This document shows positions 42,913 to 53,130 of a DNA stretch of 64,000 nt, one piece after another (position 1 is the first letter of the stretch; every line of letters begins with the position of its first letter). The stretch spans positions 179,822-243,821 of the IMG/VR virus record IMGVR_UViG_3300042386_001233. One strand, given 5' to 3'. The position numbers were made by a program, and so were the translations under genes. Below the pieces are notes generated by a model that was given only the letters and a program-made list of their open reading frames with translations, had not been told where the DNA came from and ran no database searches.

Positions 42913-43609
42913 TAGTCTTCTCTACAGTATCCTTCAGATTATAGATAAAAGAACAAGGAGTAAAAATATTATTATTAGGATTTAACAGTTTTTTCTTTTC
43001 ATTATATTTCATAATAATTTCATTATATTTTACCATTGTTTCCCAATCCATACCCTCTCCAAAATCTTTAATAGTATCTTTTTTACTATTAGATACCGGA
43101 GGAGTAATACTAGGAATACTTTTAAATTTATAGTCTAGATAGTTTGCTCGTAAAATAATATCATTATCATGAACTCCGGCAGGAAAAAAGTTTTCATCAT
43201 ATCCTCCTATCTTAACAAAGATTTCTTTGCTCATTCCTATTCTTCCATGAGTTCCTTTAAGATATTCATGACAATGAACTCCTTGATCAGAAGATCTTAT
43301 TTCATCAACTATATTATCTAAATAATTATCACAATCTAAATTAAAAACATAATCTCCAGAGGAAAATCGCACAGCAAAATTTTTAGCTATTGGAATAGAA
43401 TACTTAAAATCAAGAGCTTGATAGTATTTAACAAAACTATATTTTTCCAAATATTCCGCGATATATTCAGATAAGTTATCTGTTGATCCACAGTCCACAA
43501 TTATCCATTCAATATCTTGGTATTGTCCAAGAGTCTCCATATTTTTTAAAAAAGTCTTACTAAACTGATACAGTCTATTTTTTATTTGAGAGCATATTGA
43601 TATTTTCAT
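42902..43609 (-). CDS. glycosyltransferase family 2 (GT7-like C-terminus)
   Basis: IIVDCGSTD, NLDCD, GGYDENF..G.HD.D. Confidence 0.85.
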   Translation of the reverse strand: MKISICSQIKNRLYQFSKTFLKNMETLGQYQDIEWIIVDCGSTDNLSEYIAEYLEKYSFVKYYQALDFKYSIPIAKNFAVRFSSGDYVFNLDCDNYLDNIVDEIRSSDQGVHCHEYLKGTHGRIGMSKEIFVKIGGYDENFFPAGVHDNDIILRANYLDYKFKSIPSITPPVSNSKKDTIKDFGEGMDWETMVKYNEIIMKYNEKKKLLNPNNNIFTPCSFIYNLKDTVEKTNEF

Positions 43610-45426
43610 TCTACAGTAACGCTTTTTGCTAAGTTTCTTGGTCTATCAATATTACAGCCCCTTAGCTTTGCGCTATAATAAGAAAACAACTGCAGAGGAA
43701 CTACGGAAACTAGTGGACACACATGATCAATACATGAAGGAACATAAATATTATGATCTCCAGCAATATCTTGTTGTTGATTGCTTATAGTAATTACTTG
43801 ACCATCTCTTGCTTTTATTTCTTGAATATTGTTTTGTAATTTTTGATACTGATCCATATTATTAGATATAACAATTGTTGGAGTGTCTCTATCAACCAAA
43901 GCTAAAGGACCATGTTTCATTTCAGCAGCAGCATATCCTTCAGCATGAATGTAACTAATCTCTTTAAGCTTCAAAGCACCCTCTAGTGCTATAGGGAAAT
44001 TGTATCCTCTTCCAAGAAATAAACAATTCTTAATATCACAGTACTCCTCAGCAATACTCCATATCTCTTCTGAAGAGTCTAGTGTTTGTTTAATTAAGTT
44101 TGGAAGATTTAGTATTTCATTAATTATATTTCTTCTAATCTCAATATTGTATTTTTCTTGATTTTGATTAATCCATAAAGATAATAATAGAAGCACCAAA
44201 ACTTGATTTAAAAAAGTCTTGGTACTAGCAACACCAATTTCTACTCCTGACCTTAAAAATATGCCACAGTTAGTCATTCTTGCCATGGTTGAATTAGGAA
44301 CATTGCATATTCCAATGACAGTTGCTCCTTGAGCTTTTGCTTTTTCTAAAGCAGCAATAGTATCTGCGGTTTCTCCGCTCTGACTAATTCCAATAACAAT
44401 ATCTCCAGGACTAATTGCTGTTAATCGATATCTAAATTCGCTAGCATATTCAACACTAACTTTAATATCGTTTAATTCTTCAATATAGTATTTGCCTAAT
44501 AATCCAGCATTCCAGCTTGATCCACAAGCAACAATAGTAATATGTTTTGCTGAAGACAATACTTTTTCATATCCTAATAATCCACCAAGTTTAATTTTAT
44601 CTTTAGAGATACGCCCAGTAATACATTGAGTTATTGTTTCTGACTGTTCATAAATCTCTTTGAGCATGTACGACTCATAATCCCCTTTATCAGAAGGCAT
44701 TCTATGATCTAGTACTTTTTCTATTTCACAGTCTACTTCGATTCCGCATGTCATATCATAGGTGACAATTTGATCATTAATTTTACAGACGCTATTGTCT
44801 TTAAGATATACTATATTAGTAATCTTCTGATCAATACCCATTTTATCAGAGGATACATAGTATTCGCCATCTCCTATTCCTACTATCAAAGAGCTTCCTT
44901 TCCTAGCACAAACCAGAGTATCTGTACTATACCTATCGATTACAACAATAGCATAAGCCCCCATAACTTGCTCTAAGGCTAGTTTAGTTGCTTCAAATAA
45001 CGACAGATTATTAGAGATCATAATATCATATATCAAATATAATAGAACTTCACTGTCAGTATCTGATGAGAAAGTATACTTCGGACTTAATTCAGCCTTG
45101 AGTTCTTTATAGTTTTCAATAATTCCGTTATGAACTAATACTAATCTCTGATCACTAGTAACATGAGGATGACAGTTGTTTAGTGATGGTTTTCCATGAG
45201 TTGCCCAGCGAGTATGAGCAACAGCACAGTACGATCTCAGTAAGGACGAACCAGCCTGTTTTTTTAAAGACTCTACCGGTCCCACAGACTTATAAACTTT
45301 AAATTCTGGGCCACATACATAACACACCCCAGCACTATCATATCCTCTATATTCTAGAGACGATAGTTTGTCTAATATATCATTTGAACAATTGTTCTTT
45401 CCGACGTATGCTACAATTCCGCACAT
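43606..45426 (-). CDS. glmS: glutamine-fructose-6-phosphate aminotransferase
   Basis: MCGIV N-terminus, EYRGYDSAG, HTRWATHG, VASTK, PRNLAKSVTVE. Confidence 0.97.
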   Translation of the reverse strand: MCGIVAYVGKNNCSNDILDKLSSLEYRGYDSAGVCYVCGPEFKVYKSVGPVESLKKQAGSSLLRSYCAVAHTRWATHGKPSLNNCHPHVTSDQRLVLVHNGIIENYKELKAELSPKYTFSSDTDSEVLLYLIYDIMISNNLSLFEATKLALEQVMGAYAIVVIDRYSTDTLVCARKGSSLIVGIGDGEYYVSSDKMGIDQKITNIVYLKDNSVCKINDQIVTYDMTCGIEVDCEIEKVLDHRMPSDKGDYESYMLKEIYEQSETITQCITGRISKDKIKLGGLLGYEKVLSSAKHITIVACGSSWNAGLLGKYYIEELNDIKVSVEYASEFRYRLTAISPGDIVIGISQSGETADTIAALEKAKAQGATVIGICNVPNSTMARMTNCGIFLRSGVEIGVASTKTFLNQVLVLLLLSLWINQNQEKYNIEIRRNIINEILNLPNLIKQTLDSSEEIWSIAEEYCDIKNCLFLGRGYNFPIALEGALKLKEISYIHAEGYAAAEMKHGPLALVDRDTPTIVISNNMDQYQKLQNNIQEIKARDGQVITISNQQQDIAGDHNIYVPSCIDHVCPLVSVVPLQLFSYYSAKLRGCNIDRPRNLAKSVTVE

Positions 45427-46349
45427 GATTTAGTTTTTAAGTACCATTCTATGGTTTTTTTTAATCCTGATATAAACTCTTGCTTTGGCTCCCAGTCTAA
45501 TAGCTGCTTAGCTTTGGCAATATTCAAAACTCGTCTAGGCTGTCCATTTGGTTTAGAGCTATCCCAAAGAATATCTCCGCTATAATTAACCAATTCTTTA
45601 ATTTTGTCAACTAATAATAGAATACTAATTTCTTTGCCAGATCCCACATTAATAGGACCGGGATCCTTAACCTTTTCCATTCCGTCAACAACTGCTCGTG
45701 CTGCATCTTCAACGTACAAGAACTCTCTAGTTGCTGATCCATCTCCCCAACAAGAAACATTTGGGAAATTACGCTTTTTAGCAATTATGAATTTTCTAAT
45801 TAATGCAGGAATAACATGAGAAGAAGCTGGATCAAAGTTATCAAAAGGTCCATAAAGATTAGTTGGTACTATTACGCAACTATTTAATCCATACTGTTTT
45901 TTATAAGCCTCCAACATCACAAATAAGGCCTTTTTAGCAATCCCATAAGGAGCATTAGTTTCTTCAGGATATCCATCCCAAATATCCTCTTCCATAAAAG
46001 GAGCATCACAAAACTTTGGATAAGAACATACTGTACCAATTTGAACAAACTGGCTAACCCCGTACAGCCTGCTCATCTCAATAAGATTAGATCCCATAAC
46101 CATATTACTATAAAAGAATCTTCCAGGATTAGCCATATTCGCCCCGATACCTCCAACCTCTGCTGCCATATGAATCACAGTATCGGGCTTATGCTCTTCA
46201 AATAGTTTTTTAACAGTGCTATAATCAGTTAGATCATAGTCTTTCTTTCGTGGTATAAATATATCGGTTTGGCCGTAATTCCTATTCAGTAGTTCCTGAT
46301 AAACAAATCGGCCTAAAAATCCACCACCACCAGTTAATAATATCTTCAT
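45411..46349 (-). CDS. fcl: GDP-L-fucose synthase
   Basis: GGGGFLG, AAEVGGIGAN, YGIAK, SHVIPALIRK, WGDGSATREFL. Confidence 0.92.
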   Translation of the reverse strand: MKILLTGGGGFLGRFVYQELLNRNYGQTDIFIPRKKDYDLTDYSTVKKLFEEHKPDTVIHMAAEVGGIGANMANPGRFFYSNMVMGSNLIEMSRLYGVSQFVQIGTVCSYPKFCDAPFMEEDIWDGYPEETNAPYGIAKKALFVMLEAYKKQYGLNSCVIVPTNLYGPFDNFDPASSHVIPALIRKFIIAKKRNFPNVSCWGDGSATREFLYVEDAARAVVDGMEKVKDPGPINVGSGKEISILLLVDKIKELVNYSGDILWDSSKPNGQPRRVLNIAKAKQLLDWEPKQEFISGLKKTIEWYLKTKSCAEL

Positions 46350-46375
46350 AATCTTATTATATCCTTCTATATTTA

Positions 46376-46690
46376 TTAATACCTATAAGGACTTACAACT
46401 GGACTAGTAATATAATATGGTCCGCTATTACGAAACCAACAAGGTCTATGATAATATACAGGAGCAATATGCTGGTATTGATAAATCGTAAAATTAGGTA
46501 TGACTATTGGCCGAAATTCCCAAGTATTGACCAACACCTCTTTCTGCACCAATACTGGAACAAAAGAAACATTTGGAGCTTGATAGTATACGGTGGATTG
46601 AACGGGAACAGTTTGATATATTACATCTTGACCATAAGAAACTGAACAGAACACTAGAGCCAAAAGAACCAGGGCGCTTTTAATCATCAT
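46376..46690 (-). CDS. small secreted protein
   Basis: signal peptide ..CSVSYG. Confidence 0.6.
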   Translation of the reverse strand: MMIKSALVLLALVFCSVSYGQDVIYQTVPVQSTVYYQAPNVSFVPVLVQKEVLVNTWEFRPIVIPNFTIYQYQHIAPVYYHRPCWFRNSGPYYITSPVVSPYRY

Positions 46691-46759
46691 AAGATGCTTC
46701 CTTTACATGATAAAATAAGAATTATAGTATTACGATACAACTTAAACAATTTATATTCC

Positions 46760-46796
46760 AAAAATAAAAGCTACCAGCCTAAATAACCGGTAGCTT
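46760..46796 (-). terminator. probable intrinsic terminator
   Basis: AAGCTACC/GGTAGCTT stem then T-rich tract. Confidence 0.5.
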
Positions 46797-46826
46797 CTAT
46801 CTGGTTGTTAACTATTTTTAAATAGA

Positions 46827-47054
46827 TCAATTAACTGACGGAACAGCACCATCAGCTACCTTAGCAATTTTACGAGGACGACCTCTACTCTTCTTTAGAG
46901 CAAGCTTTCTTCGCTGTCTTCGCACCATAGCAGTAGTAATATTCTCTCCGGTCATCTTACTAAGAGATCCGGCCAGAAATTCGTCACACAAACTAGTGTG
47001 GTTATTTTGAATGTAGTCCAGTTCAGCAGATGTCCACTTTTTATAGTTGGCCAT
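46827..47054 (-). CDS. Myb-like HTH + AT-hook DNA-binding protein
   Basis: KKWTSAELDYI; RGRPRK. Confidence 0.6.
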   Translation of the reverse strand: MANYKKWTSAELDYIQNNHTSLCDEFLAGSLSKMTGENITTAMVRRQRRKLALKKSRGRPRKIAKVADGAVPSVN

Positions 47055-47120
47055 AATAACTCCTTAAAAATCTTGTTTAATAAATTGACAATTTGTCCAA
47101 CGAACATATTATAGTAAGAG

Positions 47121-47318
47121 TTGGCAAGTTTGAGGCAACAAAAAATGAACAAAATAAATATCAAAACGAATAATATTATCGACTCTGTATTGCACGTCAG
47201 GGCATCAGGCACCATAGAGGACGTATCCTCAGATCTAGAGTCTTTGCCCGCAAAAACTATAGCGCAACTACTAGATGAAAAAACAACAGAAACCAATCAA
47301 GACAAAACCTCAGAGTGA
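47121..47318 (+). CDS. hypothetical protein
   Basis: first ORF after divergent promoter; start uncertain. Confidence 0.4.
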   Translation: MASLRQQKMNKINIKTNNIIDSVLHVRASGTIEDVSSDLESLPAKTIAQLLDEKTTETNQDKTSE

Positions 47319-47952
47319 TTTGCCTAATGGTGTTAAAACAGAAGAGTTTTTACAAGCATTAGAAAATATTAGCAAAAGATTAGCTAATAAGTTTAGATTT
47401 GCATATCATAGTGTAGAGGACATGAAACAACAAGCCGCAATCTTCGCTCTTGAAGGCTTGGAAAACTATGATAATAAAAGACCATTAGAGAATTTTCTAT
47501 GGACCCATGTTCGCAATAGACTATTTAACTATAAGAGAAATAACTATCAGCGACCAGACAAACCCTGTCATTCTTGTCCTTTCTTTGACAAAACATGCAA
47601 AGTATCATTGAGTCAATGTGAAAAGTATAACAATAAGCATGATTGTGATTTATATGCCGCCTGGGCAAAACGTAACGAAGTTAAGAAAAATATTATACAA
47701 CCATCCTATATAGAAACCTCATTACATCAGTCTGTACAGCCAACAGATTTTGATCTTAACGTACAGAATCAAGAATTAATCAAATTTTTAGATATGCATG
47801 TTCAAAGCGAGTTTCGTGAAAGCTATCTGAAACTTAAACATGGGGCCAAAATTTCTAAGTTAGAACTTAAAAAATTACAACAACATATTTTTACTTTAAT
47901 GGAGACAAACAATTGGAAGCCAACAACATTCCAAGAAAACGAGGACAATTAA
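47275..47952 (+). CDS. phage sigma70-like factor (region 2) with Cys-rich insert
   Basis: EDMKQQAAIFALEGLENYD...ENFLWTHVRNRLFNYKR. Confidence 0.65.
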   Translation: MKKQQKPIKTKPQSDLPNGVKTEEFLQALENISKRLANKFRFAYHSVEDMKQQAAIFALEGLENYDNKRPLENFLWTHVRNRLFNYKRNNYQRPDKPCHSCPFFDKTCKVSLSQCEKYNNKHDCDLYAAWAKRNEVKKNIIQPSYIETSLHQSVQPTDFDLNVQNQELIKFLDMHVQSEFRESYLKLKHGAKISKLELKKLQQHIFTLMETNNWKPTTFQENEDN

Positions 47953-48734
47953 GCCTCGACGAAGAAAAATATATCAGAGAGAACTACAAAACATTAAGCT
48001 TACAGCAGATAGCTGATAACCTCAATCGTACTGTCTCTCCCGTACAAAGATATGTTTCTGAGAATCAACTATCTATTGTTGAGTCAGATAATGATGCAGA
48101 AATATTAAAACACAAGCTTCACACGAAAACTTTTTGGAGAGAAATACAGAGACAGTTTGATGTTGACACTGGAGAGCTTGAATACTTTGAAGATACGTGG
48201 GTAGGTTTAATAAAACAGTTTAGAGAAGACGTTTTACCAGCAGAAGAACTACAAATTAAACAATTCATCACCATAGATATTCTGATTAACAGAAGCATGA
48301 AGGAGCGTAAGAGACACATCGCTGAAACAGAAAAACTTCAGAAACAAGTAGACAAAGAATATGAAAAGACAGAAACAGAAAGAGACATTCCGAAACTTGC
48401 AAATCTGGAAACCCAACTGAGCTTTGCTCGCAATAGCATTGCCAATTATACCAATGAGTATACAAAGCTATTAAATGAACAACAGAAAATTAGTAAAGAT
48501 CTAAAGGCGACCCGAGAGCAGAGAATTAAAAGAATTGAAGACGGGAAAAGTAGCTGGGTCGGTTTAATTAGAATGTTAGAAGATGAAGAAGTGAGAGAAC
48601 GAGAAGGTAAGGAAATGGAAATTCTGAGCATGGCTACAGAAAAAGTTAAGTATAAGCTACAAGGATATCATAACTATCAAGACGGAGTTGTCGATAAACC
48701 CCTACTAACCCCAGAAAGTGTGGACAATGAATAA
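47913..48734 (+). CDS. putative terminase small subunit (HTH + coiled coil)
   Basis: N-terminal HTH, long coiled coil, position upstream of TerL. Confidence 0.4.
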   Translation: MEANNIPRKRGQLSLDEEKYIRENYKTLSLQQIADNLNRTVSPVQRYVSENQLSIVESDNDAEILKHKLHTKTFWREIQRQFDVDTGELEYFEDTWVGLIKQFREDVLPAEELQIKQFITIDILINRSMKERKRHIAETEKLQKQVDKEYEKTETERDIPKLANLETQLSFARNSIANYTNEYTKLLNEQQKISKDLKATREQRIKRIEDGKSSWVGLIRMLEDEEVREREGKEMEILSMATEKVKYKLQGYHNYQDGVVDKPLLTPESVDNE

Positions 48735-49731
48735 AACAGCACTGATAAGCGGAATAACAGGACAAGACGGTTCATATCTTGCAGAACTATTATTAGATTT
48801 AGACTATGCTGTTATAGGACTATATCGACGATCTAGTTCTTCTAATCTTGAAAGAATATCACACATTTCTAATCCAAATCTGCACCTAGAAGAATTTGAT
48901 CTAACCGATCCCAGCTCATGTATTTCAGTTATCAATAAGTATAAGCCAGATGAATTTTACAATTTAGCTGCACAAAGCCATGTTGGGACAAGTTTTAATC
49001 AGCCCACCACAACATTTGAAATTGACACTATAGGAGTTATTAATTTATTAGAGAGCATCAGGAAGTTTTCTAATAGTACAAAATTTTATCAGGCTAGCAC
49101 AAGTGAAATGTTTGGATCTAATTATTCTGTAGGAGTGGGTAATAATAAATATCAGAATGAAGATACTAAGTTTTTACCACAAAGCCCCTACGCTGTTGCC
49201 AAGATGGCAAGTCATAGAATGATACAAATATACAGAGAGGCTTATGGTCTATATACTTGTTCTGGAATTTTATTTAATCACGAAAGTCCACGACGAGGTG
49301 TAAATTTTGTTACTCGTAAGATAACTAATTTTATCGGTCAACTTGTTTCCGGATCAATATCACCTGCATCAAAACTTGGGTTGGGCAACTTAGAGGCTAG
49401 TAGAGATTGGGGACATGCTAGAGACTATGTCAAGGGCATGTTTTTAATGCTACAACAAGATGAAGCAGACGATTTTGTATTAAGTACTGGAGATACATAT
49501 ACTGTGAGAGAATTTTGTGAAAAAGCATTTTCTTATGTTAATTTAAATTGGTCCGATTACATATTTATTGATCCAGAGTTCTATAGACCCTGTGAGGTTA
49601 ATTATCTTAAAGGTGATAGTACTAAGGCAAGAAATAAGCTTGGGTGGTCTCCTAATGTGTCGTTTGATGATCTGGTCAAAGATATGGTAGATAGTGATAT
49701 TTCTAAATATAGAACCAACTCATATGTTTAA
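48727..49731 (+). CDS. gmd: GDP-mannose 4,6-dehydratase
   Basis: GITGQDGSYLAE, AAQSHV, YQASTSEMFG, SPYAVAK, NHESPRRG. Confidence 0.96.
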   Translation: MNKTALISGITGQDGSYLAELLLDLDYAVIGLYRRSSSSNLERISHISNPNLHLEEFDLTDPSSCISVINKYKPDEFYNLAAQSHVGTSFNQPTTTFEIDTIGVINLLESIRKFSNSTKFYQASTSEMFGSNYSVGVGNNKYQNEDTKFLPQSPYAVAKMASHRMIQIYREAYGLYTCSGILFNHESPRRGVNFVTRKITNFIGQLVSGSISPASKLGLGNLEASRDWGHARDYVKGMFLMLQQDEADDFVLSTGDTYTVREFCEKAFSYVNLNWSDYIFIDPEFYRPCEVNYLKGDSTKARNKLGWSPNVSFDDLVKDMVDSDISKYRTNSYV

Positions 49732-50002
49732 GCGTAATTTTGATGATCCAGAATATAAAAAGTGGAGAACCAAGGTATATAAAAGAGACAAACATCAGTG
49801 CCAATGGCTAGGATGTACTATGCGTAAAAGGCTAAATGCTCATCATATTAAAACTTGGGCTAATTTTCCTGGTTTGAGATTTGATGTTAATAATGGAATT
49901 ACTTTATGTTATTATCATCACAAACTAATCCAAGGATTAGAACATATATATGAAGCAGTATTCTTAAAAATATTAGCGGATAAAAAAAATGACTCATTAT
50001 AA
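49724..50002 (+). CDS. small HNH endonuclease
   Basis: CQWLGC..AHHI..NGITLCYYHH. Confidence 0.8.
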   Translation: MFKRNFDDPEYKKWRTKVYKRDKHQCQWLGCTMRKRLNAHHIKTWANFPGLRFDVNNGITLCYYHHKLIQGLEHIYEAVFLKILADKKNDSL

Positions 50003-50468
50003 TAACTTTACTATTATTGTAGACACAAGAGAACAACAACCCTGGGTTTTTGAGTCTTATACTACAGCAAATAAAAAACTAGATACTGGAGATTATAGCA
50101 TAGAAGGATTAGAGCACTTAATTTGTGTTGAAAGAAAAAAGAGTGCTAGTGAATTTGCTAACAATGTTGTAGAAAGCAGGTTCAAAGATGTAATAATGAG
50201 AATGAGCAATATCAAGTACGCATTTTTATTACTAGAATTCGATCTAGAAGACCTTCTAGTTTATCCTATAGGATCTACTGTTCCCAAAAAGATGTGGGAT
50301 AAGATTAAAATTAGTCCAGCTTTCTTAATTAAAAATATATTAGAGCTAGAGATGTCTCATAATATCAAAGTGTTCTTTTGTGGTAATGCTACAAACGCTG
50401 CTAAGCTTGCAGAAATGATTCTTAAAAAGATTCACTATTTAGAAGTGGTTAAACAGAATAATGTCTAA
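49989..50468 (+). CDS. ERCC4-domain nuclease
   Basis: IIVDTREQ, TGDYS, VERK. Confidence 0.8.
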   Translation: MTHYNNFTIIVDTREQQPWVFESYTTANKKLDTGDYSIEGLEHLICVERKKSASEFANNVVESRFKDVIMRMSNIKYAFLLLEFDLEDLLVYPIGSTVPKKMWDKIKISPAFLIKNILELEMSHNIKVFFCGNATNAAKLAEMILKKIHYLEVVKQNNV

Positions 50469-52482
50469 AAACGTAGCTTTCGACAATGCATGGCTCGGAT
50501 TAGGAGACCTATCGACTCTGTCGATTGATAGTAATCCTATGATTCATAGAAACGAACTGGATATAGAAAATCCAGATTTGCATTTAATGAAACTACTAAG
50601 AAACCCAAAGTATATTGGAGGCACATGTAAACTGTTGTTCGGTATAGAATTACATCCAATACAGATGACTATTCTTCAAGAACTATGGATTAGACCATTT
50701 CCTATGTATATTGCTAGTCGTGGGTGGGGTAAAAGTTTCTTGCTAGCCCTATACTGTGTTGTCAGAATGACATTTTATCCAGGAACAAAAATAGTAGTAG
50801 TTGGTGCTGCTTTTCGTCAAAGTAAAATCATTTTTGAATACATGGAAACTATATGGCGTAGTAGTCCCATATTAAGAAGTATTTTTGGCGGTGGGGATGA
50901 TGGTCCTCGTCGAGATGTTGATAGATGCACAATGAGATTAGGAGATAGTTGGACAGTAGCCATTCCCATGGGTGACGGAAGTAAAATCAGAGGACTAAGA
51001 GCACATATTATTATTGCAGACGAATTTGCCTCTATATCTCCAGATATTTATGAAACCGTAGTCTCTGGATTCGCAGCAGTATCGGCTAGTCCAATACAGA
51101 ACGTAAAAGAAGAAGCCAAAAAAGCAGCGATGGTTGAGGCTGGATTATGGAATACTGAGCTAGAAGCACTCAATGTTAAGATGGGCAATCAGGCCATTAT
51201 ATCAGGAACAGCAGATTACGCATTCAAGCACTTTGCATCATATTGGAAAAGATATAAAGCGATTATAGAGAGTAAGGGGGATGCTAAAAAACTAGAAGAA
51301 ATTTTTAAAGGAGAAGTTCCTAGTAATTTTAATTGGAAAGACTATAGTATCATTAGAATGCCATATGAGCTAATACCCAAAGGATTTATGGATGATAAAC
51401 AGGTTTCAAGAGCTAAGGCTACTATTCATAGCGGTATTTATAATATGGAATATGCTGCCTGCTTTGTTAGTGATAGTGAAGGATTCTTTAGAAGGAGCTT
51501 GATAGAAAATTGTGTCGTATCTAATAACAATATCATAATAGACAGTAAGCCAATTAAATTTTCAGCAGCAATTAACGGTGATCCTAATAAGCAATATATC
51601 TATGGTATTGACCCAGCATCCGAACAAGACAATTTCAGTATAGTAATACTAGAGGTTAATCCCACACATTCGCGTATAGTCTATTGCTGGACAACAAATC
51701 GTGCTAATTTTAAGGAAAGACAAAAAATAGGCTTGGTTACTGAACATGATTTTTATGGATTCTGTTGTAGAAAAATTCGTAATTTAATGAAGACCTTTAC
51801 TCCTATACGAATCGGTATGGATGCTCAGGGTGGTGGTGTCGCTATTGAAGAAGGACTACATGATCCTTTAAAAATAGATGGCGGAGAGCATCTAATATGG
51901 CCGGTGATAGATGATAACAAATCTAAAGATACTGATGATCAAACTGGATTGCATATTTTAGAGCTGGTTCAATTTGCCAAAGCAGAATGGACTAGTCAGG
52001 CTAATCATGGTATGAGAAAAGACTTTGAGGATAAAGTATTACTATTTCCAGAATTTGACAACTTAACCCTTGGTTTGGCATTAGAACAAGAAAATAAAAA
52101 TATTATCAGCACCGACCTAAGTGCCGCCTTATATGATAGTTTAAGTGAATGTATTTTAGAGATAGAAGAGCTTAAAAATGAATTAACAACTATTGTTATG
52201 ACACAAACAAGTAATAACGCCAACGCCAGAGACAGATGGGATACTCCTGAAACTAAACTATCTCATGGAAAAAAGGGCCGATTAAGAAAAGATAGATATA
52301 GTGCCTTATTAATTGCCAATATGTTAGCTCGTCAAATTAATAGAGCCCTTAAGCCAGTAGACTATGATGTGATTGGTGCAGATGCTCGTAATTCCGTAAA
52401 AAGTGATGGAAAGTTATATAAGGGTCCAGATTGGTTTGTATCTGGCGCCAATGATGATATTTATACGGGAATTTATAGATAA
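50461..52482 (+). CDS. terminase large subunit
   Basis: ASRGWGKS Walker A, IIIADE Walker B, YGIDPA RNase H motif, KDRYSA. Confidence 0.9.
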   Translation: MSKNVAFDNAWLGLGDLSTLSIDSNPMIHRNELDIENPDLHLMKLLRNPKYIGGTCKLLFGIELHPIQMTILQELWIRPFPMYIASRGWGKSFLLALYCVVRMTFYPGTKIVVVGAAFRQSKIIFEYMETIWRSSPILRSIFGGGDDGPRRDVDRCTMRLGDSWTVAIPMGDGSKIRGLRAHIIIADEFASISPDIYETVVSGFAAVSASPIQNVKEEAKKAAMVEAGLWNTELEALNVKMGNQAIISGTADYAFKHFASYWKRYKAIIESKGDAKKLEEIFKGEVPSNFNWKDYSIIRMPYELIPKGFMDDKQVSRAKATIHSGIYNMEYAACFVSDSEGFFRRSLIENCVVSNNNIIIDSKPIKFSAAINGDPNKQYIYGIDPASEQDNFSIVILEVNPTHSRIVYCWTTNRANFKERQKIGLVTEHDFYGFCCRKIRNLMKTFTPIRIGMDAQGGGVAIEEGLHDPLKIDGGEHLIWPVIDDNKSKDTDDQTGLHILELVQFAKAEWTSQANHGMRKDFEDKVLLFPEFDNLTLGLALEQENKNIISTDLSAALYDSLSECILEIEELKNELTTIVMTQTSNNANARDRWDTPETKLSHGKKGRLRKDRYSALLIANMLARQINRALKPVDYDVIGADARNSVKSDGKLYKGPDWFVSGANDDIYTGIYR

Positions 52483-52539
52483 AAGTGTATAAAGAACTAT
52501 AATACAATTACCGTTTGCATCGTAATACGATTAGATTTT

Positions 52540-53121
52540 ATGAAAATAGTAAAAGACAAAAATTATTGTAGATTATGTCGTCAATTTAATATTAACGCAA
52601 GTAATAATCGCACAAATTATTGTCAAAAATGTAAAAATAATATCGCTGTAAAAAATGATATTTTTGATAGATGGTCCTCTTCTAATGTTTTTATTAGTAC
52701 CTCATTTATTGATTGCGTTGATAAAAAAGAATGGTTAGGTTTTACAGACGTAAAATTTAATAATATGCTGATTGATCAAATATCTAATAAATTTTCTGAT
52801 TTATCCTATTGTATTTCTACTCCTGAAAGACAAAAACTTAAAAACTATATTGGTGGAAATTATTTATACTTACTTTCTGACGAAAAATGTAATTTATTAA
52901 AAATTGGTCAAACACAAAATCTGATTAATAGATTTAATAGATACTATAATGCGTCTGAGAGCAAACCAATTTATTATCATGTGTTTTCTGTTGACAGTTA
53001 TGAAAAACAAGACCTATACGAAGATAAAATTAGAAATTACTTAGAATTTTTGGGCTATGTTCTCCCACTCGATAACACTGGATCAAGACTCAAGTACATA
53101 CTACAAACCACAACAATATAA
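52540..53121 (+). CDS. GIY-YIG/T5orf172-like endonuclease
   Basis: YLYLL...LKIGQTQNL..R. Confidence 0.6.
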   Translation: MKIVKDKNYCRLCRQFNINASNNRTNYCQKCKNNIAVKNDIFDRWSSSNVFISTSFIDCVDKKEWLGFTDVKFNNMLIDQISNKFSDLSYCISTPERQKLKNYIGGNYLYLLSDEKCNLLKIGQTQNLINRFNRYYNASESKPIYYHVFSVDSYEKQDLYEDKIRNYLEFLGYVLPLDNTGSRLKYILQTTTI

Positions 53122-53130
53122 AATAACAAT

